A DNA stretch of 64,000 nt from the NCBI GenBank assembly GCA_021107635.1, contig JAIOSL010000038.1:3512-67511 (forward strand), in the 5' to 3' direction. The stretch comes from an archaeon (GTDB lineage Archaea; B1Sed10-29; WALL01; JAGHAM01). The position numbers and the translations under genes were made by a program. Below the pieces are notes generated by a model. The model was given only the letters and a program-made list of their open reading frames with translations, was not told the origin of the DNA and did no database searches. Shown piece after piece: positions 18,501 to 26,544 of the stretch (the stretch's first letter is position 1; every line of letters begins with the position of its first letter).

Positions 18501-20240
18501 TCGCATATTTTTTAGTTCGCCTATTTTAGCAGCGTATGAAACATCGCCTATAGATCCTCCAGCAGCAGCTGCTATTTGAGCATCAGATAGAAGACCTCTT
18601 TGAATCATAAGATCTTTGCGATATCGATCTAGAGGTTTAATCGTTTCAAGGAGTTCATTGGATTTAGCCTTGTGGAAAAATTTGTATTTATCCCCGTCTT
18701 TGGCAATGAATTTAGTTGTTTCTCCTTTGAAGGAAAACTGATCAAAGTTATCTAAGTGTGTAGCAAGAGCAGATAAGTCATCTGTATTAGCAACAATGTC
18801 ATCAGTACTAACAATCGCAAGTCGTGTAAAAACATCGTCAGCCGTTATTCCTGCTCTAGTATTCAATAAGGTATCATCTGCATAAGAAGGAAGTACTTTC
18901 AGGACGGACTCCTTTGAGAAACCAGTACCTATAAGATTATTGCCTACTTCTTTAACAGTATGAGACTTCTTTATATTTAGAGTTTTTTTGATAGTATAAG
19001 CAGAAGGTGAAATGCTTTTGCCTTTAACATGCTTAACAATCTCTGCATAATCTGATTTTTTGACCCCACGAACAAGTGCGGTATCAAGTTCTCTTGATGC
19101 TTTATTGTTGACATGCCTCAAGGCATCATCATGAGTGCCAATAAAGGATTTAAGTTTTTCCACAATAGAAGACCTAACTCCTCTTTTCGTGAAATCGGCT
19201 TTCATCATGCCTGTCAAAGCTTCATCCATCTTATTGAGGTTTTTAGCAGTATAAGTCATTTCTGTTGTCTCAGAGAGGAACAACCTACGCACATCATCAT
19301 GAGAACGCGAGGTGGTCTTTAGCCAGAGCGTGTCTCTTTTGAAGAGTCCGGAAATTGCTGGCTTCATTATTGTTCCGAAAGCATGAGCCATAAAGACTCC
19401 TTGAGTCGCACCATCAAACCACGCGAGTCTTTTCATTCTGGCAGTGAAATACATGTAAGTTCGTGGAATGATAAAAACAGAGCCGCTGGACGGAAACACT
19501 GCCATTGAAGTAGACCATTTTCCTGCCTTCATTCTGGAATAATCCAATGCCACATACCCCCAAGAGCCATCAACACCTTCTTCCATGTTCAAAGTGTTAA
19601 TAAGTGAAATCCAGCTTGTGCCAACAGTCTCAAAAGTCCCATTTATGATTCCAGTGGTATACCCACCAGGCTTAATATTAAAGTCATCAGTTGCCTCGCC
19701 CACACGCTTAGTGCAAACTCCATCGTCAGTATCATTTATTGGAAGTTCTGGACACATAGCAAGGTCTTCTGCCATCATCGCGCCATATTCTACTCTACCA
19801 TCAATCTTAGTGCCAATGATAATTGCATTGTCTGGTCTTAATTTTTGACCTAGTTTAGGTGCGTAAAACACCATTCCGTCAGGGCCATGAAAATATAAAT
19901 TGTATTTTTCCAATCGTTTCTGGGATTCAGTCTGAACACTTGCATTTAAGCCTAGTTCTTCTACAACCTGTGCTTCTCTGTAACGCTGTGCGCTTGTTGC
20001 AACGTCTTGTTGGACTATGCCTTGTATTGCTAGGGCTTGGTCATAGTTTAAGTTGGTGACGTTTATTCCTCCAAGAGAACAGAGTCTGGCATTGATATCA
20101 AAAGGTTCTGTGATTGGAGGGGTTGTTTCGTTAAATGTCATGTTAGCATTGTTCTGTGCCATTACGCCCACAGGCCAGAAAAGAGAGACTAGAAGTATGA
20201 GAGCGAACGTTAAAGGTATGGTTTTGTGCCTCGCGAGCAT
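15549..20240 (-). CDS. Giant surface protein (about 1563 aa) with signal peptide and C-terminal membrane anchor
   Basis: Signal MLARHK..VMA; Pro-rich linker, TM and RTRLKKR tail; internal Gly/Ala-rich hydrophobic helices; alternative start 20258. Confidence 0.85.
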   Translation of the reverse strand: MLARHKTIPLTFALILLVSLFWPVGVMAQNNANMTFNETTPPITEPFDINARLCSLGGINVTNLNYDQALAIQGIVQQDVATSAQRYREAQVVEELGLNASVQTESQKRLEKYNLYFHGPDGMVFYAPKLGQKLRPDNAIIIGTKIDGRVEYGAMMAEDLAMCPELPINDTDDGVCTKRVGEATDDFNIKPGGYTTGIINGTFETVGTSWISLINTLNMEEGVDGSWGYVALDYSRMKAGKWSTSMAVFPSSGSVFIIPRTYMYFTARMKRLAWFDGATQGVFMAHAFGTIMKPAISGLFKRDTLWLKTTSRSHDDVRRLFLSETTEMTYTAKNLNKMDEALTGMMKADFTKRGVRSSIVEKLKSFIGTHDDALRHVNNKASRELDTALVRGVKKSDYAEIVKHVKGKSISPSAYTIKKTLNIKKSHTVKEVGNNLIGTGFSKESVLKVLPSYADDTLLNTRAGITADDVFTRLAIVSTDDIVANTDDLSALATHLDNFDQFSFKGETTKFIAKDGDKYKFFHKAKSNELLETIKPLDRYRKDLMIQRGLLSDAQIAAAAGGSIGDVSYAAKIGELKNMRIPSAGALSNDEIYHIVKKGYEIKPLEKYSKGQKSFATQRRILSMDWLGHGGLSGKVSALKISNPAIAGLARLPLKSLAAVLQGLYFAARPITLVAYGLHLGGLMFEKEGFLTLASPGITLHWDPESTDTLFTPTSSLILLGIPKEVDALHESGVGGYFVGKHVRDFLVAIGGYEPTMATKYSELGQNLLFGGIMYDNTPQIISMYDKENPRGSTEVELTDKGYLMRITNWENHDMVLIEDPASMRILAEDTAVSALGMRTTNMDIYKHSFGQPNEVRSVFPWTWGISTALRKLGSRTETIALGSLIYLWPSIPIARYSLAPVIAGIVGRGVFGGGEELLTSQTTSMKDLEQCYVQPNYTSEFIDCTSRPPCEAVHAKCEASIGMMSMYLGASGIVQMAAEKSVAFSALNLALGISDFVVLSGVGEWKGKIELTTDCMEELLTCNERSFMIIGGSDYRDPSVIQAEIEESQQIKGLPGLDALPIDNFLEGLNIGQDDSLLKPAQMQLNIHSEMDNATGRMMFEDIYYFHLKDAVIDWLRSDLDLHFCPMIGGNPQDELCVRVSGDTIYVGDKPILTHELVPFKWLDENLPALIIPNTAIKININETTDCAIFTSDPSGKNIKFNQDIISTFEGEHFEELERMMGALRDIETDSGAIYPNIDYNGDYRWERDVPDGSYAYSLNPIAVTAKAKVEFENETFGFRSAIFEGGVVIKKGDFIYIVPKYFRPAISGTEWYELTKGKPLVSDTGLPLEIYDDQGQIMGINGSLTRIPGGDKLGTITKVFGLDDQNQTVGFAFTKDENGTMHLELMHGNQTEVFDIDQIEIDEDSGCILVYEKGKPHVEANLIRRVCLESKPDGSTVINITNPQTGETLGEAIVDWIIGTGGSIKYDRDNNNYVFVNGQPIQMNNEFKTHGFDAITGRPEPPLLQPSAIDEGIPPWKPPTPTGIQIPTRPEETDWTFLLYILALAGGIFLARTRLKKRTTP

Positions 20241-20285
20241 GGATAGATATACTATCAATGCATATATAAAGCTAATCTCATTTTT

Positions 20286-20735
20286 TTAGTATTGTAGTGG
20301 CATGTTAGAGAATAGCCCAAAGACAAAGAATATTGTCCCCCAGAATGCTGCACTTGCTATGAGACAAAGCAGAAATTGTAAGAGATGCCAGGGTAGCATG
20401 GGATATTTTTTCAAGAGTTTTTGGTAAGCTAGTGTAGCAGGTGTCACAGCTAAAAAGAATATTGCCAGGCCGTATAGCAGTGGCACTTGAAATGCTTGAG
20501 GTGTGACTCCGCTGGTTATGAAAACAAAAATCCACGCTAAGAATAGATATATTTCTAAGAGGACTAGTCTCAAGAGCCAATTGAATTCTTTCTTGATTTT
20601 TTTGAAATAGTAGCTGGTGATAGCTACGACTATAAACACTATTATGGATGTTAGGAATGAAGTTATTGCCCAACAGGAAAGTTTTCCATATTCTGAACAG
20701 GTATAAAACAGAGTTAAAAAGAGTTCTAGTAGCAT
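20286..20735 (-). CDS. Hypothetical 4-TM membrane protein
   Basis: Four hydrophobic segments; GGAG SD. Confidence 0.75.
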   Translation of the reverse strand: MLLELFLTLFYTCSEYGKLSCWAITSFLTSIIVFIVVAITSYYFKKIKKEFNWLLRLVLLEIYLFLAWIFVFITSGVTPQAFQVPLLYGLAIFFLAVTPATLAYQKLLKKYPMLPWHLLQFLLCLIASAAFWGTIFFVFGLFSNMPLQY

Positions 20736-20756
20736 TGTTATCTCCTTATCGCATTC

Positions 20757-21410
20757 TCAGTAATAAATCTTTGCTTCCATCATGCAAGCTATTTTTCCAC
20801 AAATCTTTCTTTGCTCGCCTGAAGAATAGTATGGGGGTTTTGGTTTGCATTTGGTTGGAACTCCGGCTTGATCTGGACAAGTATACTTTGGTGTTGGAAG
20901 AGAGTCACAAGCCATTATATTGCCATCTCCATCTCTATTGCATGCTCCTTTCTGGAAATCTTCGACCCACTTACTTATGTTTTCTCCATAAGGATCACTT
21001 GAAGAGATAGGGCAACTGAAAAGGAGAGGGTCTGCATATGTTCCAAAAACAACTGGTGTGTCTGGAGCATATACTGAAAGTTCTAGAGGATGTGGCGATT
21101 GTAAACATAGTGTATGCCATTGCATCATCATAGCCTCATAACGAGGATCAGCATTATCAAATGCTCCAATCATGTAGTAGCCTATTTCATCCAAAAAAAA
21201 GCGTTTCGCTCCTGCGGGTTGCTCGTATTCGATTTCTGTCAGTGTATTAAGAATTCCACTGTCGAATTCGCCCATGTACATGAAATAATATGCTTTAAAT
21301 GAGGTTGCTCCATAAACTGATGCTGCCCAGAATAGTAGTGCTGCTGCGGAAGCACATAACATTAGGAAAAAAATTCCATCAATTATAACTGCTTGGGCTT
21401 TCATGTCCAT
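20757..21410 (-). CDS. Pilin-like protein (class III signal)
   Basis: MKA|QAVIIDGIFFLML; alternative coupled start 21404. Confidence 0.75.
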   Translation of the reverse strand: MDMKAQAVIIDGIFFLMLCASAAALLFWAASVYGATSFKAYYFMYMGEFDSGILNTLTEIEYEQPAGAKRFFLDEIGYYMIGAFDNADPRYEAMMMQWHTLCLQSPHPLELSVYAPDTPVVFGTYADPLLFSCPISSSDPYGENISKWVEDFQKGACNRDGDGNIMACDSLPTPKYTCPDQAGVPTKCKPKPPYYSSGEQRKICGKIACMMEAKIYY

Positions 21411-21961
21411 GTTATCACTTCCAATTCTGCTGTAAGAGCTCGCTTGGTTCCACCATCATCAACATCAACTACAATAGGATATTTCATTGAAACAAAGTCT
21501 CTCCCGTCCATGAATTCCTGAACTGGAACATACTTACCCCAATCATCAAAAGTGGTTCCTCCTTCATAGCATACTGCTTCTGTAGTGGCATCTGAAGGAT
21601 CAAAAGAAAAGTTTTTTGATTCAAAAACATAATTTGGTGTAGATGTATCATAAGTAGTATAGTTGGTTCTGTCTATTCTCATTGCTGCATGAATACCATA
21701 ATTAGAACGAGATGTTTTGAGCAAAGGGCAAGCATAATCCTTCCAATAGTCATGATCCATGTGTTTTCTTTCACGTATTGCTCTAGATATCATGATGTTT
21801 GCACGCATTGCATTTACTCTTGAATTTTTTGCTTCATATACGTTGTAAGTGACTGTGACTGCTCCAAAAAACAGCATTAGTCCTAACAGTATTGGGAACA
21901 TTGCGGGAAAATCATCCCCTATTGGACCGATATACCCTTTTTTCATGTTTAACACAATCAT
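21401..21961 (-). CDS. Pilin-like protein (class III signal)
   Basis: MKKG|YIGPIGDDFPAMFPILLGLMLFF. Confidence 0.7.
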   Translation of the reverse strand: MIVLNMKKGYIGPIGDDFPAMFPILLGLMLFFGAVTVTYNVYEAKNSRVNAMRANIMISRAIRERKHMDHDYWKDYACPLLKTSRSNYGIHAAMRIDRTNYTTYDTSTPNYVFESKNFSFDPSDATTEAVCYEGGTTFDDWGKYVPVQEFMDGRDFVSMKYPIVVDVDDGGTKRALTAELEVITWT

Positions 21962-22668
21962 TTACAATCGATAGGAATATCTGCTGGATCAAGGAAACAA
22001 CACTCAATAAGTCTATCCATTGATTCTTTAGCATTAGTATCTAATTTTTTCTTGCTTGCGATGCAAAGCACGGGACCGTCTCTATAAAAGAGCAAACCGT
22101 CATCTCGTTTAGACCCGTCTATGGAAGGTCTTAAAACCAGGTCTTTATCAACAGTGTCTAGGAATAATGGATAAGTAGGTATATTTGTACTAGTAAGACG
22201 TCCTTTGAACATGTGAACTTTCCGAATGTCATCTGGAGGTTGACTGGGAAGTTCTAGTGCAACTGCTGCAACAAATTGTTCTATGTCATTGATTTCATCA
22301 TTGGCATAAGCATCTTCTGCTGGTTGTCCTGTTTCCCACGTAAGAAGGAATACGATTCTTTCAGAAGATGGAGACCCCTGATGAGTGATGCCTGCAGTAT
22401 AACTTCTTATTTGAGTACTTTTGCCTGTACCTCCACTAATCATAATTTTGTTTTCTATTGGCAAGATAATGCTTCCGGAGGGAAACATGACTACTGAGTT
22501 AGCTGATTCGGCCCATAGCATAATTACTGCTCGAGCATTATCTTCAATTACTCTTTCTTGATATATGCTCAACACTCCAGTTAATACTACTACAAGTCCT
22601 AACAAGAATACCATTAGAACAGTCTTTGACATAACCCACATTCCGAGACCGCGTTTAGCTTGAATCAT
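21958..22668 (-). CDS. Pilin-like protein (class III signal)
   Basis: AKRG|LGMWVMSKTVLMVFLLGL; ATGA overlap with upstream gene. Confidence 0.7.
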   Translation of the reverse strand: MIQAKRGLGMWVMSKTVLMVFLLGLVVVLTGVLSIYQERVIEDNARAVIMLWAESANSVVMFPSGSIILPIENKIMISGGTGKSTQIRSYTAGITHQGSPSSERIVFLLTWETGQPAEDAYANDEINDIEQFVAAVALELPSQPPDDIRKVHMFKGRLTSTNIPTYPLFLDTVDKDLVLRPSIDGSKRDDGLLFYRDGPVLCIASKKKLDTNAKESMDRLIECCFLDPADIPIDCK

Positions 22669-23267
22669 GTGCATTCACTTAAAGTCCCATAACAACAAAT
22701 TCTGAACTTGTTTGCAGTGCCAGTAGAATCTTTGAGAAAAACTAGAGAGTAGGATTTAGGTTCTGTTAAGTTAAGGCCAAACATGCGTTCTCCGCCAGAA
22801 GTCATTTCAATATTCCTATAACCTCTGTCAGTATCAAGCATGGGAGCAGGACATCCTCTAGTATCTAGAGTCAAACCCATTGGAATTCTAACACATACTG
22901 GTTGTCCAACAACACTAGCAAATCCATCTTGTTCCCCTTCCGCAACAATTATTCTACATGAACCTACATTACAAAATTTAATGCAATCTTCTGCTCTAGG
23001 ATTACGTATTGTAATATTTTTTGTCATTACACTGCCACAGGAAAGATCTCCAAAGTTTAGGTTAATCATAGTTGCGTTTCCGGTTAAACCGGTTGCTATT
23101 TCTATTTCACTAGCAAATCTTTGCATGTTTGATTGAATTTTGTTTTCACATTGCAATCTGTCATAATTAGTGTACATTTGTGCAATTATTGGAAGTAGTA
23201 GCGCTAGCATTGCTGCTGCAAGAAATAGAGCAAAAGGTCCTTCTTCTTGTCCTTTAGTCCCGAACAT
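22665..23267 (-). CDS. Pilin-like protein (class III signal), Cys-rich head
   Basis: TKG|QEEGPFALFLAAAML. Confidence 0.75.
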   Translation of the reverse strand: MFGTKGQEEGPFALFLAAAMLALLLPIIAQMYTNYDRLQCENKIQSNMQRFASEIEIATGLTGNATMINLNFGDLSCGSVMTKNITIRNPRAEDCIKFCNVGSCRIIVAEGEQDGFASVVGQPVCVRIPMGLTLDTRGCPAPMLDTDRGYRNIEMTSGGERMFGLNLTEPKSYSLVFLKDSTGTANKFRICCYGTLSECT

Positions 23268-23325
23268 ATGAGAGAATACGATAAACTAGGTTATAAATGT
23301 TATCTGGAGGAAGATTACGGTATTA

Positions 23326-23454
23326 TTAGAAGCCCATGCCAAAAGATGCTGATTGAAACATAGGCTTGATAACACTTACTAAGAGAATAATGGCGATGGC
23401 AGCCAGTATCAAAAGGTAGATGGGCGTCCAGTTGACATCACCTTTAGAGTTCAC
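23326..23454 (-). CDS. Minimal 42-aa pilin-like protein (absent from ORF track)
   Basis: AAGGTG SD, GTG start, MNSKG|DVNWTPIYLLILAAIAIILLVSVIKPMFQSASFGMGF*; fills the gap between pilin genes. Confidence 0.75.
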   Translation of the reverse strand: MNSKGDVNWTPIYLLILAAIAIILLVSVIKPMFQSASFGMGF

Positions 23455-23463
23455 TTAAACACC

Positions 23464-23943
23464 TTATGCGTTAACGTTAAAACCAATGATATACTTTCCA
23501 TTATTGTTGTATACTCTGATTTTTCCGCTTACATCCTTAGTTGCAGTAATCACCATTGGATTATCAGCATCACCACAAGAACCAGTTAAATCAAAGAATA
23601 TGCTAGTGAAGTTATAACCAGCTGGGCAGGAAGCTAGGTCACCTGGAGTTAAAGTACCATTACAGAAACAAACGGTTCCTTGGTTGACTCCTGCTTGGTC
23701 AGCTATACCTGAAGTGGACATGACATCTCCTTTAACAAATTGTACATTTTGAGGAGATACTGTTCCAGAGCCTCTGGCCTGTTTTACTGAAGAAATGCTT
23801 TGAGTTATTACGTGCATTGGTTCTCCTACAGGCACAATAAAGCCTTGGAGCATTCCAAGAATTATTACTAGAATGGTTCCTGCTACTACAGCAGCAATCA
23901 AAAGTTTAAAAGCATCAAAAGCTTGTCCTTTTTCATTAAACAT
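23464..23943 (-). CDS. Pilin (class III signal), candidate major pilin
   Basis: EKG|QAFDAFKLLIAAVVAGTILVII; GAGGT SD and own TATA-like box at 23979-23986. Confidence 0.8.
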   Translation of the reverse strand: MFNEKGQAFDAFKLLIAAVVAGTILVIILGMLQGFIVPVGEPMHVITQSISSVKQARGSGTVSPQNVQFVKGDVMSTSGIADQAGVNQGTVCFCNGTLTPGDLASCPAGYNFTSIFFDLTGSCGDADNPMVITATKDVSGKIRVYNNNGKYIIGFNVNA

Positions 23944-23998
23944 GGGGTATTACCTCAAAATAAACTACAGAAAAGAGGTTTAAAAAGGTTTCTGTTAT

Positions 23999-24448
23999 TT
24001 ACCAGTTGGCAGGAGAACATTCTTCTTTATCAATGTAAACTCTACACTCTCCCAAATCGTCACATGAGGAACAAACTTTTACTTCGTATCCTTTAGTCAA
24101 AGAAATAAACGTGCAACCATTGCCAGGAAGAGCACAACCAGGAAATTCACAGAATGCTGCATCACAAAATATTTTTACATTAGTTGAGGGGGGTATGCCT
24201 GATTTTATTATAAGGCTATCAGAACTGAAATCTTGATTTTTAAGCCAGGCTGTTTTAACAAAAGAGTGTCCTGTACCTCTTGCATTATACGCACTTTTTA
24301 GGACATCAGAGCTGATGGTTTGCACATCAGTGCCATGAGTGATGTAAGTAATCCATTGAACAACACCCCACAAAATTGCTAAAAAAGCCATTGCGAAGAC
24401 AGCACCTTGTAATAGCTTAAACACTGAAGAGTATTGTCCTCGATTCAT
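23999..24448 (-). CDS. Pilin-like protein (class III signal), paralog of adjacent pilin
   Basis: NRG|QYSSVFKLLQGAVFAM; shares FKLL..AV and ARG(S/T)G with 23464-23943. Confidence 0.78.
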   Translation of the reverse strand: MNRGQYSSVFKLLQGAVFAMAFLAILWGVVQWITYITHGTDVQTISSDVLKSAYNARGTGHSFVKTAWLKNQDFSSDSLIIKSGIPPSTNVKIFCDAAFCEFPGCALPGNGCTFISLTKGYEVKVCSSCDDLGECRVYIDKEECSPANW

Positions 24449-26544
24449 GCTTGCACCATTTTCAAGGAAAAGAACGCTACTATAAAGAAAATCATCATTG
24501 CTATTGGTAATGCTTTTGAAATACTAATTTTGAAAGCTAAGTCGTTCTCTCCTTCTGTGACTTGAGATGCAAAATACATTAAAATTGTCACTATTTGAAC
24601 CATGTATATTACAATCACTAAGAATAAAATGTTCTGGTCAAAGACAGGACCTCCTTCAGCTCCCCCAAACATGCTTCCAACACTGGTAAGAGGAGCAGCT
24701 AAGCCACCGACCCCTCCAGGTATTGACCCAGAAGAAGCAGGCATTTGACCTGAAACAGAACCTAAAGCATTACTTATTACTCTTTGAAGAGCTACAGTAA
24801 TTCCAAGTACTGAAGGCGCTATGAGCGTGCTCATGACGCTCATCATGCTTGTGATATCTTCTAGCATTCCTTTCAATGATCTTTCTACTTTTTGAGAGTC
24901 TTGTAATTGAAATGAAAGTGAAACTAACGATCTGGCTGCTGTTTGAACGCCTAGAGTTAATGATTCTACAACTATTTGCATGGTTCCTCTTATAAAGTCT
25001 GATGGCACGTACCTCAATGAACCATATGCTTTGTCAAACAAAGCCATTTTGAGTGTCATGCCCATTACTGTGATGTTTTGAAGTGTAGGAATGAATATTT
25101 TTTTGGTAACTGGTGAATTAGGAAGAAAGTCAGCTGTATGTTTGAGAGCTTCTTCCATGGGTTTGCCTTCTCCTAACCGTGATGCAAGAATGTATAAAGT
25201 GTCTTGAAAATCATTCTCCATTTTAACTAGTTCTAATTGGGCGTGACGTTTGTCTTTGTTGTTTGCCCAGAGATAAAAACAGATTGCAAAGACTATTCCA
25301 AGAGACCATCCCATGTATTCTATTAAAGGCATGTATGCGTCTACTTGTTCTGTTTGCCATGCTGGAGGCATTGGATTGACTATTGGATTGAATATGTACC
25401 CTGCTATTATTGTTGCAGCCATGATAGCTAAAGAAACAACAATCACGGGCAACTGATACTTGCCTATTTGGAACCATCCTCGTTTTGGGAGCCCAGGCAG
25501 GTTATCAGGAATTTTTGGTATTGGCCTGGCAGGGGGTCTTTTTCCTAGAATAGACTTGGCCATTATTAGAGCAATCAATGGAATGATAATGTTGTAGATT
25601 AGTATTAATGCGACTGGAGATCCAAGAAAACCCATTGACTCTGATGCCATCATTGAACCAACAGGAATTACAATGATTAGTAGTAGAGGAAGCAGAACAC
25701 CGAGATAGTATAGGTATATGGAAGGCTGATGCATTGCACGAGAATACATGTCCATTTTGTCTTTGATTCCTTGTAAGGCATCAGTTACTGCTTTGTCCAA
25801 GAGTTCATTGCGTTTGCCTTCATCTACTTCCATTACTGAAGAACGAATCAGCATGAGCGCGTGTTTGAATTCTTCTGAATATTCTCCCCATTTCCATGCC
25901 ATGTAATCGAGTGCTTCTTCTACTGTTCTGTATTTTCCTATGTGAATATCATAGCGTAGCTTGCGAAAGTCTTTTGCTACCCTGCCATGTCCATGATCTG
26001 CTGCAAATTTGATTGATCGTTCTAGATTGGGAGAGACTTTCATTGCCATGACGATATAGTTTATGATTTCAGGAATGTATCCAAGAGATTTTATTTTTTC
26101 TTTTTCTGCTGCTTTGAACGGATAAATTTGAATGTAGTAGCCTAGACCAAATGCTACTGCGAAAGGTACAAGATAAAGGATCATAGACATTCCTGACAGA
26201 GGATGACCAATTAGAGTGGTTCCACTCCATATAATCGGTTGTGATAGGATGTATTTGAGCAGGTAGTTGAGTAAAGCCCATCCAAAGGCTAGGACAAATC
26301 CTATGACCATGACAAACATTGGCGCAGAATTAAATTCTTGTGGAGTGAGATTCCAATCAAGAAAAGCTAGCGTGACTTCATATTTAGGATCTATTTCTTT
26401 TTTAGCGTTTTTCCCGAAGTATTTGTGCGAAAACTTACAGAGTTTAACATACCAGTGTTCTTTTTGGTCTATCCCATCCAGTTTATGTTTTCCTCCGCCA
26501 AACACGGCATCAAAAAAGGCTTTACTGCTGTTTTGCTTCTTCAC
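24445..26544 (-). CDS. Large two-domain TadC/ArlJ-like pilus platform membrane protein
   Basis: IPEIINYIVMAMKVSPNLERSI and ENDFQDTLYILASRLGEGKPME; many TMs; follows ATPase. Confidence 0.85.
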   Translation of the reverse strand: MKKQNSSKAFFDAVFGGGKHKLDGIDQKEHWYVKLCKFSHKYFGKNAKKEIDPKYEVTLAFLDWNLTPQEFNSAPMFVMVIGFVLAFGWALLNYLLKYILSQPIIWSGTTLIGHPLSGMSMILYLVPFAVAFGLGYYIQIYPFKAAEKEKIKSLGYIPEIINYIVMAMKVSPNLERSIKFAADHGHGRVAKDFRKLRYDIHIGKYRTVEEALDYMAWKWGEYSEEFKHALMLIRSSVMEVDEGKRNELLDKAVTDALQGIKDKMDMYSRAMHQPSIYLYYLGVLLPLLLIIVIPVGSMMASESMGFLGSPVALILIYNIIIPLIALIMAKSILGKRPPARPIPKIPDNLPGLPKRGWFQIGKYQLPVIVVSLAIMAATIIAGYIFNPIVNPMPPAWQTEQVDAYMPLIEYMGWSLGIVFAICFYLWANNKDKRHAQLELVKMENDFQDTLYILASRLGEGKPMEEALKHTADFLPNSPVTKKIFIPTLQNITVMGMTLKMALFDKAYGSLRYVPSDFIRGTMQIVVESLTLGVQTAARSLVSLSFQLQDSQKVERSLKGMLEDITSMMSVMSTLIAPSVLGITVALQRVISNALGSVSGQMPASSGSIPGGVGGLAAPLTSVGSMFGGAEGGPVFDQNILFLVIVIYMVQIVTILMYFASQVTEGENDLAFKISISKALPIAMMIFFIVAFFSLKMVQA

